Part shown: one piece after another, positions 35,740 to 48,112 of the stretch
Position numbering within the stretch: the stretch's first letter is position 1
How the letters are laid out: each line of letters opens with the position of its first letter
Origin: Okamejei kenojei
Lineage: Eukaryota
NCBI GenBank assembly: GCA_035221665.1
Contig: CM069146.1
Span: forward strand, 52,948,001 to 53,012,000
Length of the DNA stretch: 64,000 nt
Direction: 5' to 3'
Made by a program: the position numbers and the translations under genes
The notes under the pieces: model-generated
Seen by the model: only the letters and a program-made list of their open reading frames with translations
Database searches by the model: none
What the model was told of the DNA's origin: nothing

Positions 35740-37450
35740 ATGTGGCAAATAACCCCAGTAGATGGATGCATGATGTGCTTTATTTATCTTAGGGCTAGGT
35801 ATTGTGTATACAATGCTGCCTTGTTGAAATACTTCAGCAAAATCTCTCGCTTTGATATCGCAGACGAAGCAGCCCGCTTCAGCCTGAGCCAGCCATCAAA
35901 CGGTTCCCAGTTTAGAATGTTTGCATTATGCTGTCTTTCGAACAATTTTTTATTTGTAACCCCCTTATTCTGCTGTAAAGCTGCTTGCACTTTGTCAATG
36001 AGGCAATTACAGGGGGTTTGAATCCTTCACCATTTCTCCGACACCTTGGGTCTGGAGATTATCTCAAGATGCCCCATTCAACTATCCAATGCAAATCTCT
36101 GCGCTGAGTGAGAAGAAATTAGACCGGCCCTGGCCTTTGCTGGTGCATTATTTATCACGGTTTTAAGTAGATTTGAACTGCTCGGATTGCCTTCAGCTGG
36201 ATAAGAAAGTTCTGAAACCAAGGGTCACTGGTGTGGGTTTCTATGGTAATTGAGCAGTATTGCCAATAGTTTTCCTCTGATGAGCAAAAAAGCATGTAAT
36301 AATAGACAAACAACAGTGGTTAAAGCAAGCAGGTAGGATTACTATGTTCTTTTGTCGGAAGTATATAATGTGATGTAGTCAGATTTAAAGACTTCTCAAC
36401 CCCCGAAATCTTCTCCACAGGCACCTGCTGTGTCATTTTCTAAGCCTAATCTCCATCCGTTAACTACAGGCCTCTTGCTAATTTGAGGCAAACGGCCAGG
36501 TTTGCTGCTGAATAGTGCAATGAAAAGCCTCAACTCATGAAAACCCTCCGAGAGAGAGAAAGGCAGAGAGAGAGAGAGAGAGGGGAGGACAAAAAGTGAG
36601 CCACATATAGCCCTCGCAATGATAAATCCATGTGATCAACTAACACAGGATACCATTGACGAGACCGCATTTCTTTACCCTCACTTTTTAAATAGTTTTG
36701 CAAAAAAAAAGCAGTAGCTCCACACTGGAGCATCTCCCCCCACCCCCACCCCCCCACCCCCCCCCCCCCCCCCCCACACAAAACTTGTCACTTCACATTG
36801 CTGTCAGCCACCACAATAACAATCATTTCATGCCTCCTGCTAATTGCAAGCACAGCTGGGGCCCAGCGGGGTGCTCTAGTACAGTCCCAAGCCTTTATAC
36901 CAGCCCCAATCTGTTCTGTAGCATGCACACACACACACAATCACTTGCAAAAGGCAGAAAGAGGCAGAGTCACAGGTTGCTTGTAATCCCCTCACTTCCC
37001 CTCTAAGAATTCAGCTCGGGTACAATTCTCGCTTTTTATTCCCCTTCTTTGAGACTGTGTAAAAAAAGCCGCGGTGACCTAGAGTCACCGGCATCGTACG
37101 TTGTGAATAAGAAGCAGAACTCCTTCAGGTGCATTAAGCTGTGCCGCTGCATCTGGCTCGATGCATTATGTTTGCAGCACCCCTGGAGTGAGTTGCGGCT
37201 TCCTGTAACATGTAAAATATGAGTGTGAACTCAAGGTTGATGGCAGGGAACAGGCACGGCTGAATCAGGAGGTCAGGCAGCCTTTCGAGTCTGGCTGCAG
37301 AACAAGGTTGCAGATGTTGCTGTGTAAGTGTAATAACACCAGTTCCCCGAGAACACAGGAACCCAGTGCTTCCTTCTCCTCATTTTCACAAACGAATGCC
37401 ATAATCAGTATGCTGCTTGCAGATTTATTCAAATCGACTTTTATTTTACA
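35740..37450. promoter_or_regulatory. Candidate conserved non-coding enhancer cluster
   Basis: About 1.7 kb with no recognisable TE; TCF/LEF CTTTGAT 35850-35856, octamer-type TTTGCAT 35920-35926 and ATGCAAAT 36089-36096, several TAAT cores. Confidence 0.45.
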
Positions 37451-37533
37451 TATTCAGAGATCAGAATGAGGTAGATGATAGCTCAGGACCTATGATGTTT
37501 TAGATAAACCATTTTTCACTCTTTACTGAAGAT

Positions 37534-37568
<35 letters not shown>

Positions 37569-37619
37569 TATTATATATATATATGTATGTGTGTGTATAC
37601 ATATATATATATATATATA
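37534..37619. repeat. (TA)n/(TG)n microsatellite
   Basis: Read directly from sequence. Confidence 0.95.
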
Positions 37620-38764
37620 GGATACTTGTTAGATTTTGTTTTACTGTATATTAGAATGGTAGTGCAAGGAAAATATTTCAATATAAATTAACTTTTAAGT
37701 CAATAACTCTATTCTTCATTGCATTGGTCAGTTGCATCCTTTATGGGACAACGTTACAGAAACCAGTTGACTATTTTTTTGAGCTGCTAATAATTTCTTC
37801 ACAGTTTCAGGTAATCACAAACCAGCCTTTCACAATAAAAAAATAACTTGACCACATTGCCTGATAGGTGATTAAAATCACCGTGGATTGTTTACTACTG
37901 TGTTCGTCCCAACCATTTTGATTGTTTGGGCTCGTTTTGTTAGTTTAGTTTCATTTATTGCCAGGTGAACCATGGTATACTGAAAAGCATTTTTGTTGCG
38001 TGCGATCCAGCCAGCAGAATGACTTGATTACATTCATGCTGTTAACAGTGTAGAGACACAGGATAAAGGGAATAACATTTAGTGGAAGATGAAATAAAGT
38101 CAGATTAAAGATAGTCCAAAGGTCTCCAATGAGGTAGGTGGTAGGTCAGGACCGCTCTCTAGTTGGTGATAGGATGGTTCAGTTGCCTGATAACAGCTGG
38201 CAAGAAACTGCCCTTGAATCTGGAGGTGTGCGCCTTCACACTCCTCTACCTTGTACAGTGTTTTTGGAGACCTAAACTGTGTCTGAGAAACATATTAACA
38301 TAAAGTCCCTAATTCAACTGTGACACAAAGTCATAGCAGTCCTGCCCATGAAATCAAATTGGATAGGTTAGTCAGGGTCAGTGCAGGTGTCTATAATGTG
38401 GAATGTTGTTATATTATTTCATTTCCCTTTTAACAGGGAACTCTATGCCAGCTAACTTAGTCATGTGATGCAAGTGCCTTGGTTGGTGCTGCTAAGATTG
38501 CCAGGAGTATTTCCTGTTTCCCCACTGCGGGTTTCTGTATTGTTTCCTTACACTGAGTAAACACGCTTTACTTATCAAAGGTGCAATTAATGGCAGTTTG
38601 AGGCGAATGGAAGGTGGATTGGTGCAGGAGTGGCAGTTGCAGTATCTTTAACACAATTTGATGGAATGGATTCTCTGCTTTGGATTTTGTAGCGTGTAGA
38701 CTCGTGATAAATGAGTGCGTGGCATGTACAGCGTGAACATGAACAGTCGTAAAACCTACCGAAC

Positions 38765-39335
38765 AATGAAAGGCCTGGATGGAGGGGATGTGGAAAGGAT
38801 GTCTCCAGAAGTGGATGAGTCTAGGACTCAGAATAAAAGGTCGTAACTTTAGAATGGAGACGAGGAGGAATTTATTTGGCAAGAGGATGGTGAATCTGTG
38901 CAATTGATTGCCACAGATGGCTATGGAGAGCAAATCAATGGATATTTTTTAAGCGGATAGTGATAGGTTTTTGATTAGTTAGGGCTCCAAAGATTACGGA
39001 GAGAAGACAGGAGAATGGGGTTGAGAGGGGAAAATAGATCAGCCACGATTGAAAGGCAGAGCAGACTTGATGGGCCAAATGTCTGAATTCTGCCATGTCT
39101 TCTGAACATGATAAACATGCGATATGGCTTCACTGTTCAACGCTGGCATTTATATACCACATGAGCCTCCTATCAGAGAAACATAGAAAATAGGTGCAGG
39201 AGTAGGCCATTCGGCCCTTCGAGCCTGCACCGCCATTCAATATGATCGTGGCTGATCATCCAAATTCCTGCTTTCTCCCCATATCCCTTGATTCGGTTAT
39301 ACCTAAGAGCTAAATCTAACTCTCTCTTGAAAACT
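38765..39335. mobile_element. Two CR1 3' fragments in opposite orientation (38765-39110 +, 39176-39335 -)
   Basis: GGTGAATCTGTG...TGCCACAGA and GGGCCAAATG tail; AGAAACATAGAAAATAGGTGCAGGAGTAGGCC tail on minus. Confidence 0.75.
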
Positions 39336-40726
39336 ATCATCCCAGTTCATTTCTCCACACCATGGTGTAGCTGCCTGTCCCGCTGAGTTACTCCAGCATT
39401 TTGTGTCTTTCTCTCCATCATTGTATTCTCCAATTCTTTTCACCCTCTTAGAGTTTAGACACAAGGTGCAACATTTAGGATCCCTCTACCCCATCTGTCA
39501 ACATTCCCCTGCTACTTCCCTCACCCTTCCTTGTCCCACTCCTTGTTTCTGCTGTGCCTTCTCCAAGGAACCACTGGAAAGAAGTGTCTATCCAGACATG
39601 GATAATTGCCAGACAGCACATGACTAATGGTCGGAGTAGGATGGGACTGATGGGACAAGATGAAGAGACGGGTGGTCAGTCCAAAACACACCTGACCCGA
39701 CTTTGGGAAGAAGTCCCAGAACAGGCTTTTAATCCTATTTTTGCATTTGAGTTCTGGATGTCAACTGTCTCATTTACATTTATAATGCTGTGACTAAATG
39801 TTCCTAAACTTTTGATAAATCTAGTAAAATACGGCACTTCAAATCATACTGTTGACAGTGTATGCAAGGATATTTGATATTTGCCCAATTTTACAAGGCT
39901 TCAAGAACAGAATGATTCAGGGATGAATGAACATTAACAGAAAGTAAAACGTAATGTGGGCTTGTTGAACTTTGAGAGCCTAATTTTGGCACCTTCAGTC
40001 CATTTCAACGGGGATAAGGGAACTGCGAAAATATTCCCGATAAATGTCTGGCTTCATTTGGAGACCAGTTAATGTTGTAGATATCTTTGTTAACTCAAGG
40101 CAAATTAAATTATGAGCTTCACTAATGCGGTAAAAAATTGTTATTTTATTCAAAGAATGGCAAGCTTGATTTTGAATTTTTCCTAATCCGAAACCAGTTG
40201 ACTGCATCAATCGTTCCTCTGACTGTGACTCAATAATATTGTACATGGTGAAATCGTGGTTTTATAAAATTGAAAAGTGTTTGTTTCAGATATCAGTCGT
40301 GTTTTTAAGCACTGAGTGAATGTCAATTACTTGTCTGTAAATTGAAAGAGAAGTGAATATGAGGAACAACCGGGGGGGGGGGGGGGGGGGGGGGGGGAGA
40401 AATGTAAGCAGATCACTGCATTGGACCATTTTGATTTCCTAAACCTCTATTTTAGTTGACCTGTTGTGTTGCTTCTAACTGCACCAGAGTGCTTTTCCTC
40501 ATTTTGAAACCACAAGCTGCATAGTAGTGGGAGCTGAACTTAGAAGATGCACAGTTGAACTAGTTTCTGATTGCAGAGGTTCCACAGATTCCGGCAACAT
40601 TCCCAGCATTGGATGGAGAAGGCAAGGGAAAGGATAATGAGGGCCACTGCCGAAACTCCCACCACTTGCTCAGCTGAGATCGCTCGTCTTCACACAAAAG
40701 CAGGCATTAAACATAGAATCTTCTTG

Positions 40727-41027
40727 TTTAGTTTTGTTTAGAGATAGAGCATGGAAACAGGACCTTCGGCCCATCGAGTCCGCGCCAACTACCGATCCCC
40801 GTACACTAACACTATCCGACACTCCATTTACGGTTTCACCAAAACCAATTAACCTACAAACCTGTACATTTCAGGAGTGTGGGAGGAAATCGGAGCATCC
40901 AAAGAAAACCCAAGTGGTCACAGGGAGAATGTACAAAGTCCGTACAGACGGGATCCGTAGTCAGGATTGAACCTGGGTCTCTAGCGCCGTAAGGCAACAA
41001 CTCTACCATTGCCCCACCGTGCCACCC
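40727..41027 (-). mobile_element. V-SINE copy
   Basis: Tail, V-domain GAGTGTGGGAGGAAATCGGAGCA, head CCACCGTGCCACCCC. Confidence 0.8.
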
Positions 41028-41696
41028 CTAACCTGTGATGAGAGAAGCGGTAAAATAATGCAAGGGACCTTCTTGCATAAATGTGGGATAACAAGCAACG
41101 AAGGACACAGCAGAATGAATAACATGTGGGTGGAAATGGGCATTTTGTCGACATTTTGGGACAGGTAGATGTGGAGACATCTGACACCTGTCTCCATCAT
41201 CAAGACTTGAGGAGACATAGACAAAAGCAAAGCGAACTGGAGGGGATAAGATAGGGCAAGAAGTGGCAAATGGTTGATGGACCCAGGTGAGAAGGTGTTG
41301 GTTGGCAGATGGAGACAGATGGGGCAAAGGGGGCAAAAGATGGGGCAAAGGGGGCAAAAGAGAGACTGAAAGGGTGGAAAGGGAGGTGAAACGTTGTGGA
41401 GGCAAAGATCTACAAAAAATGGAACCAGAGAGGAAGAGACAGTAAAGCGTGCAACCAAATAAAGGAGTAGGTGGAATACAAATGTTCATTACAATCTCTG
41501 TATGAACACTCTGATTGTGAAGGAATTATTTTTCTCCCCTATTTTAATTGAGATTTGCGGGTAAATAACTGGTTTGAACTGAGGCAGGACAATTGGAATG
41601 AGTAATACTTGTAGTTATCTCTCTACATCAACTACATCACTTTAAATTGAAATTCATTGATCATTTTATTATTGTTGTTTGTGGGGACTATTAATA

Positions 41697-41857
41697 NNNN
41701 NNNNNNNNNNNNNNNNNNNNNNNNNNNNNNNNNNNNNNNNNNNNNNNNNNNNNNNNNNNNNNNNNNNNNNNNNNNNNNNNNNNNNNNNNNNNNNNNNNNN
41801 NNNNNNNNNNNNNNNNNNNNNNNNNNNTAGTATGTATATATAAATGTGTATGAGTGA

Positions 41858-41893
<36 letters not shown>

Positions 41894-41940
41894 TATATAT
41901 ATATGTGTGTGTGTGAAAAAAATATATATATACACATACA
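41697..41940. repeat. Assembly gap (41697-41827) followed by (TA)n microsatellite
   Basis: 131 N, then TATATA/TGTG repeats. Confidence 0.95.
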
Positions 41941-42327
41941 CATTTTAATGGCTTTTATATGTCCCTTTTATATTATAACCATGATTGCATCCTAAAAGTG
42001 CTTAATGATTGTGGAAAAACTGAGATGTCATGAGGTTACAGACTAACACAAGTTCTTTCTTTCAAAGTAGCACTGGAATTGTTTGTGTGTTTGGAGCAGC
42101 TGAATCTCCCTTTGGGCAACAATAATGCATAAATTATACAGTGGTCCGTGCCAAAGCTCGGTTACAACTCAAGTTCTGTCATTTGATGGATTGGTGGGTG
42201 ATAATGCCAAGTCTGGATGGCATCTCTTTGCCACTGCCCACCGCATAATCCTAACACTGAACATTTGTCTCAACGCTATCTCGCCCACTGTAATTCTGAT
42301 GCTGGAGAATGTTGCCTTTTTTTCCAG

Positions 42328-42432
42328 CAATGGTACACGAGTTCCATGAACATTGTCTGCACCTGGCTGACAGATCGCATGGACCTGCAACTCCACATCT
42401 ACCAGCTGAAAATCCTCATCCGGCTCGTCAAG
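42328..42432 (+). CDS. CADPS: CADPS penultimate coding exon, 105 nt, [35 protein letters not shown]
   Basis: CCTTTTTTTCCAG| acceptor, AAG|GTACTG donor; 35 codons continue in frame from ...RLFD across a 32,684-bp intron. [11 protein letters not shown] is CAPS1-like. Confidence 0.95.
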
Positions 42433-43584
42433 GTACTGAACTGTCACGTGTACCGAGGTACAGCGAAAAGCTTTTTGTTGCATGCTAGCCAGTCAGTGAA
42501 AGGCAATGCATGATTACAATCGAGCCATTTACAGTGTGTAGATACATAATAAGGAAATGGAGATTTAAGAGTGTGGGGCGATTGTAATGTGTGACTGTAG
42601 ATCTGCTTCTGTGGCTAACACGCAAATAGTCACCTGGGTTGGGCGTCATCTTGGAAGCAAGCTTGGTAGGAAAATGTCCTTTTGGTCAATGTAGCAAGAA
42701 TCTGACCTTTGCAATCAGAGAACCACCATTTCAATAACCTGGGAAACTAGCAAAGATAGACATCTAGGTCAACACAGACAAGTTGTGCCAAGAGGCCTTT
42801 CCCATGAAATGCAAATCTATTTGTGCACAAACTGGCTGCCATAATCCTACAACAACTGCACCACAGTGGTCCTTAATTTGAATAAAAGTGCATGGGAGTG
42901 TTCGAAGTTGTGAAATGTGTTATATCTCTAACTTTCCAAATGTGAAAAATTTTTCCACCTCCTTTTCATTTGATTTCGCTCTCCTCCTATTTCTCTCATA
43001 TCCACATAATATTTCACCTCCCTCACACGTGTAGAAATTCATTTGATACAGATTAAGATCAAACCACACTCATTTTTAAAAAATGCCTTCATATGAAATT
43101 CCTCTGGGGCTTTTTGGGGGGTAGAGTCTCATGACGAAGTTAAAATATTTACAACTAAGTGGGGGAGAAACGTTTGTGTTTAGCGATTATAAATCTGTAG
43201 ATTATCTCTCTCTCAGAGAGCTCACAAGATCATAAATGAAAGGTGCTGAATTAGGCCATTCAGCCCATCAAGTCTACTACTAGTCTAGTTTATTTTGTAT
43301 AGCACTATGAAATGCTGCTTGTACGAATGGTGCTATATAAATAAATTTGCTTTGCCTTACACCATTCGATCATCTATCTTTCCCTCTCAACCCCATTCTC
43401 CTGCTTTCTCCCCATTACCTCGGACACCCGTACTAATCGGGAACTGTAATGTATAGCCGGTGAGATGGGTGGATTTGGAATCCATAGGCAATCAATGGAG
43501 AATTAGGTGGTAAAGTGCACATTTTTCAGCCACAATCTTATTCAGTGGTGGAGCAGATTCAAGGTCCTCACTCCTGTCACCTGA

Positions 43585-44230
43585 GATCATCAGTTACCCG
43601 CCCTGACTTGTTCTGGCCTGTTCTCGCCTCCATTTTAATTTACCCCCTCCCCCACTTCTACTTTCAGTCTGAAGAAGATGTCCCAACCCAAAACATTGCC
43701 CATCCCTTTTCTCCAGAGATGCTGCCTGATCCACAGAGTTGCTCCTGCATTTTGTGTCTATCTTCAGTATAAACCAGCACCTGCAGTTCCTTCCTACACA
43801 TAGAACAGCAGAGTACAGGACCAGGGCCTTCAGCCCACAGTGTCCGTGCCAACGTGATGTCACATTAAACTAATCTCCTCTGCCTGCACATGACCCATAT
43901 CCCTCCATTCTCTGCACATTCATGTGCCTATCTGAAAGCACAATGGATAAAATATCCTGGTTTGTTTCGTATAGAGATACAGCCAAACAGGACCTTTGGC
44001 CCACCGAGTCCGCACCGACCAGCAATCACAGCACACTAACACTACCCTACACACACTAGGGACAATTTCACATTTATACCAAGCCAATTAACCTACAAAC
44101 CTGCACGTCTTTGGAGTTGGGGAGGAAACCGAAGAACTTGGGGGAAAAAACCACGCAGAATGTACAAACTCCATACAGACAGCACACGTGATCAGGATGG
44201 AACTCGGGCCTCTGGCAGTGAGTGCCACCG
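43585..44230. mobile_element. Penelope-like 3' fragment (43585-43800, +), CR1 tail and V-SINE (43960-44230, -)
   Basis: CAGTCTGAAGAAGATGTCCCAACCCAAAAC...CTGCAGTTCCTTCCTACAC; SINE V-domain TTTGGAGTTGGGGAGGAAACCG. Confidence 0.65.
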
Positions 44231-44521
44231 TTGGGAGCAGAGAAACTCCTTCAATCATCCCTGGTCCCACAAACACTTGAGTTTGCATTCAATTTGTATT
44301 GAAGCAGAGACAGTACTTAATACTCAACTTTAGTCACAATCCAGACATCTACAGTTAACATACCGACATGTTTTCCACCCAGTGAAAAATATGAAACACC
44401 ATGCAAATATTGGCAAACAAATTGATTGCTTCTTTTTAACATTTTTTTCTGATGCGTATTAACTTAAATATTAAACTGCGACGTTACCTTAAAAAATTGC
44501 TGTGAAGTGTCCAAAATCATA

Positions 44522-47500
44522 AAATAGACAATAGACAGTAGGTGCAGGAGTAGGCCATTTGGCCCTTCGAGCCAGCACCGCCATTCAATGTGATCATGGC
44601 TGATCATCCACAATCAGTACCCCGTTCCTGCCTTCTCTCCATTTCTCCTGACTCTGCTATCTTTAAGAGCCCTATCTAGCTCTCTCTTGAAAGTATCCAG
44701 AGAACCGGCCTCCACCGCCCTCTGAGGCAGAGAATTCCACAGACTCACAACTATCTGTGAGAAAAAGTATTTCCTCGTCTCCGTTCTAAATGGCTTACCC
44801 TTTATTCTTAAACTGTGGCCCCTGGTTCTGGATTCCCTCAACATCGGGAACATGTTTCCTGCCTCTAGCATGCCCAAACCCTTAACAATCTTATATGTTT
44901 CAATAAGATACCCTCTCATCCTTCTAAACTCCGTAGTGTACAAGCCCAGCCGCTCCATTCTCTCAGCATATGACAGTCCTGCCATCCCGGGAATTAACCT
45001 TGTAAACCTATGCTGCACTCCCTCAATAGCAAGAATGTCCTTCCTCAAATTAGGGGACCAAAACTGCACACAATACTCCAGGTGTGGTCTCACTAGGGCC
45101 CTGTACAATTGCAGAAGGACCTCTTTGCTCCTATACTCAACTCTTGTTATAAAGGCCAACATGCCATTCGCTTTCTTCACTGCCTGCTGTACAAGGACCC
45201 CCAGATCCCGTTGTACTCCCATTTAGATAGTAATCTGTCTTCCTGTTTTTGATACCAAAGTGGATAACCTCACATTTATCCACATTAAACTTAATCTGCC
45301 ATGCATCTGCCCACTCCCCCAACCTATCCAAGTCACCCTGCATTCTCATAACATCCTCCTCACAGTTCACACTGCCACCCAGCTTTGTGTCATCTGCAAA
45401 TTTGCTAATGTTACTTTGAATCCCTTCATCCAAATCATTGATGTATATTGTAAACAGCTGCGGTCCCAGCACCAAGCCTTGCGGTACCCCACTAGTCACT
45501 GCCTGCCATTCTGAAAGGGACCCGTAAATCCCTACTCTTTCTTTCCTGTCTGCCAACCAATTTTCTATCCATGTCAGTACTCTACCCACAATACCATGTG
45601 CCCTAATTTTGCCCACTAATCTCCTATGTGGGACCTTATCAAATGCTTTCTGAAAGTCCAGGTACATTATATCCACAGTCTCTCCCTTGTCCATTTTCCT
45701 AGTTCCATCCTCAAAAAATTCCAGAAGATTAGTCAAGCATGATTTTTCCTTCGTAAATCCATGCTGACTCGGACCGATCCTGTTACTGCTATCCAAACGT
45801 GCGGCAATTTCATCTTTTATAATTGTCTCCAGCATCTTCCCCACCATCAGTGTCTATAATTCCCTGTTTTCTCTCTCCCGCCTTTCTTAAAATGTGGGAT
45901 AACATTAGCTACCCTCCAATCCATGGGAACTGATCCTGAGTCTATAGAACATTGGAAATTTATCACCAATGCATCCACGATTTCTAGAGCCACTTCCTTA
46001 AGTACCCCGGGATGCAGACCATCAGGCCCTGGGATTTATCAGCATTCAGTCCCATCAGTCTACCCAACACCATTTCCTGTCTAATGTGGATTTCCTTCAG
46101 TTCCTCCATCACCCCAGATCCTCTGGACACTACTATATTAGGAATCATAGAATTATAGAAAATAGGTGCAGGAGTAGGCCATTCGGCCCTTCGAGCCTGC
46201 ACCGCCATTCAATATGATCATGGCTGATCATCCAACTCAGTATCCTGTACCTGCCTTCTCTCCATACCCCCTGATCCCTTTAGCCACAAGGGCCACATCT
46301 AACTCCCTCTTAAATATAGCCAATTAACTGGCCTCAACTACCTTCTGTAGCAGAGAATTCCACAGACTCACCACTCTCGTGTGAAAAAAGATCTTCTCAT
46401 CTCGGTCCTGAAAGACTTCCCCCTTATTCTTAAACTGTGATCCCTTGTTCTGGAGTTCTCCAACATCGGGAACAATCTTCCTGCATCTAGCCTGTCCAAC
46501 CTCTTAAGAATTTTGTAAGTCTCTAAAAGATCCCCCAGGAATCAGTCTGGTGAACCTTCTCTGTACTCCCTCTATGGAAAGAATGTCTTTCCTCGATACT
46601 GAGTTGGATGATCAGCCATGATCATATTGAATGGCGGTGCAGGCTCGAAGGGCTGAATGGCCTACTCCTGCACCTAATTTCTATGTTTCTATGTTTCTAC
46701 TACCCAATCCTCTTGCTTCTCGCTCATCTTTGCTATGTTGTACTTCTCTTTTATTTTTATACTGTCCCTGACGTCCCTTGTCAGCCACGGTCACCCCTTA
46801 CTCCCCTTGGAATTTTTCTTCCTCCTAGGAATGTACTGATCCTGCACCTTCTGCATTTTTCCTAGAAATACCTGCCATTGTTGTTCCACTGTCATCCCTG
46901 CTAGTGTATCTTTCCAGTCAACTTTGGCCAGCTCCTCTCTCATGGCACCATTGTCCCCTTTATTCAATTGTAACACTGACACCTCCGATCTACCCTTCCC
47001 CCTCTCCAATTGTAGATTAAACCTGACCATATTATGGTCACTACCTCCTAATGGCTCATTAACCTCAAGTTCCTTTATCAAATCCGGTTCATTACATAAC
47101 ACTAAATCCAGAATTGCCTTCTCCCTGGTAGGCTCCAGTACAAGCTGCTCTAAGAATCCATCACGAAGGCACTCCACAAACTCCCTTTCTTGGGGTTCAG
47201 TACCAATCTGATTTTCCCAGTCTACCTGCATGTTGAAACCTCTCATAACAACCACAGCATTACCTTTCTACATGCCAATTTTAACTCCTGATTCAACCTG
47301 CACCCTATGTCCAGGCTACTGTTTGGGGGCCTGTAGATAAGTCCCATTAGGGTATTTTTACCCTTACAATTCCTTAGTTCTATCCATACTAACTCCACAT
47401 CTCCTGTTTCAATGTCACCCCTTGCAAGGGGCTGAATTTCATTCCACACCAACAGAGCTACCCCACCCCCTCTGCCCACCTGTCTGTCTTTTCGATATGA

Positions 47501-47785
47501 GGTATATATACCCATGGATATTCAGTTCCCAGCCCTGGCCCTCTTGCAGCCATGTCTCTGTAATTCCCACAACATCATACTTGTCAATTTCTAACTGAGC
47601 CTCAAGCTCGTCCACTTTATTTCCTATACTTCGCGCATTCATATACAACACTTTGACCTCCGTATTCGCGTCCCCCCCTCGCACCGCTCGCAATTGGCCC
47701 TGACCTTACTCTTCTATCCCTACTCGAACTTTCCTTCCCATTAATTCGAGAATCTTTTGTAATTTTTCCTGTAGTCACCTCTCGA
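44522..47785 (-). mobile_element. Long decayed CR1 LINE ORF2 (AP endonuclease plus RT) with internal deletions and a nested insertion
   Basis: KVLYMNARSIGNK...VGITETWL, YRPPNS and LDLVLCNEP (endonuclease); LDFQKAFDKVPH, GVPQG, SKFADDTK and RPHLEYCVQFWSP (RT region), split by frameshifts; tail (ATAGACA)n at 44522. Confidence 0.92.
46146..46698. mobile_element. Nested CR1 insertion bounded by two outward-facing 3' tails
   Basis: Minus-strand 3' fragment 46146-46594 joined to a plus-strand 3' tail 46595-46698 ending (TTTCTATG)n. Confidence 0.75.
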
Positions 47786-47932
47786 TAAATATTTGGAATC
47801 TTTCCAAACAGTTAATGTTGAATCATTTTTAAGCAGTATTTTGCGACTGTTACCATATTGTGCTATTTATAATACTGCATATCCATCGAGTTGAGTTGAA
47901 TTGAATTGGACCATATTTTTGGACACTTGTAG

Positions 47933-48112
47933 AAGGCGTATCGAGACTTCCGGCTGCAGGGTGTCCTCGATTCAACCTTGAACAGCAAGACGTACGAAAC
48001 AGTTCGGAACAGGCTGACAGTGGAAGAAGCCACGGCGTCTGTGTCTGAAGGCGGTGGTCTTCAAGGAATTACAATGAAGGACAGCGATGAGGAGGACGAG
48101 GAGGAAGATTAG
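47933..48112 (+). CDS. CADPS: CADPS terminal coding exon, [59 protein letters not shown]
   Basis: TTGTAG| acceptor; 59 codons plus TAG at 48110-48112. [17 protein letters not shown] and the acidic tail DEEDEEED match CAPS1 rather than CAPS2 as I recall them. Not in the ORF track (no ATG start). Confidence 0.95.
   Translation, partial: KAYRDFRLQGVLDSTLNSKTYETVRNRLTVEEATASVSEGGGLQGITMKDSDEEDEEED

Noticed and set aside
41003-41489. Two ORFs of about 150 aa on the minus strand
   Set aside because: Span a purine-rich decayed repeat with a 21-bp tandem (GATGGGGCAAAGGGGGCAAAA) and a SINE head; no protein signature.
42217-42513. ORF of 98 aa as a stand-alone gene
   Set aside because: Contains the 105-nt CADPS exon plus intronic and LINE-tail sequence.
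47933-48112. Assignment to CADPS2
   Set aside because: Diagnostic residues ([33 protein letters not shown], long acidic tail) fit CAPS1 better as I recall the paralogues; a phylogeny would settle it.
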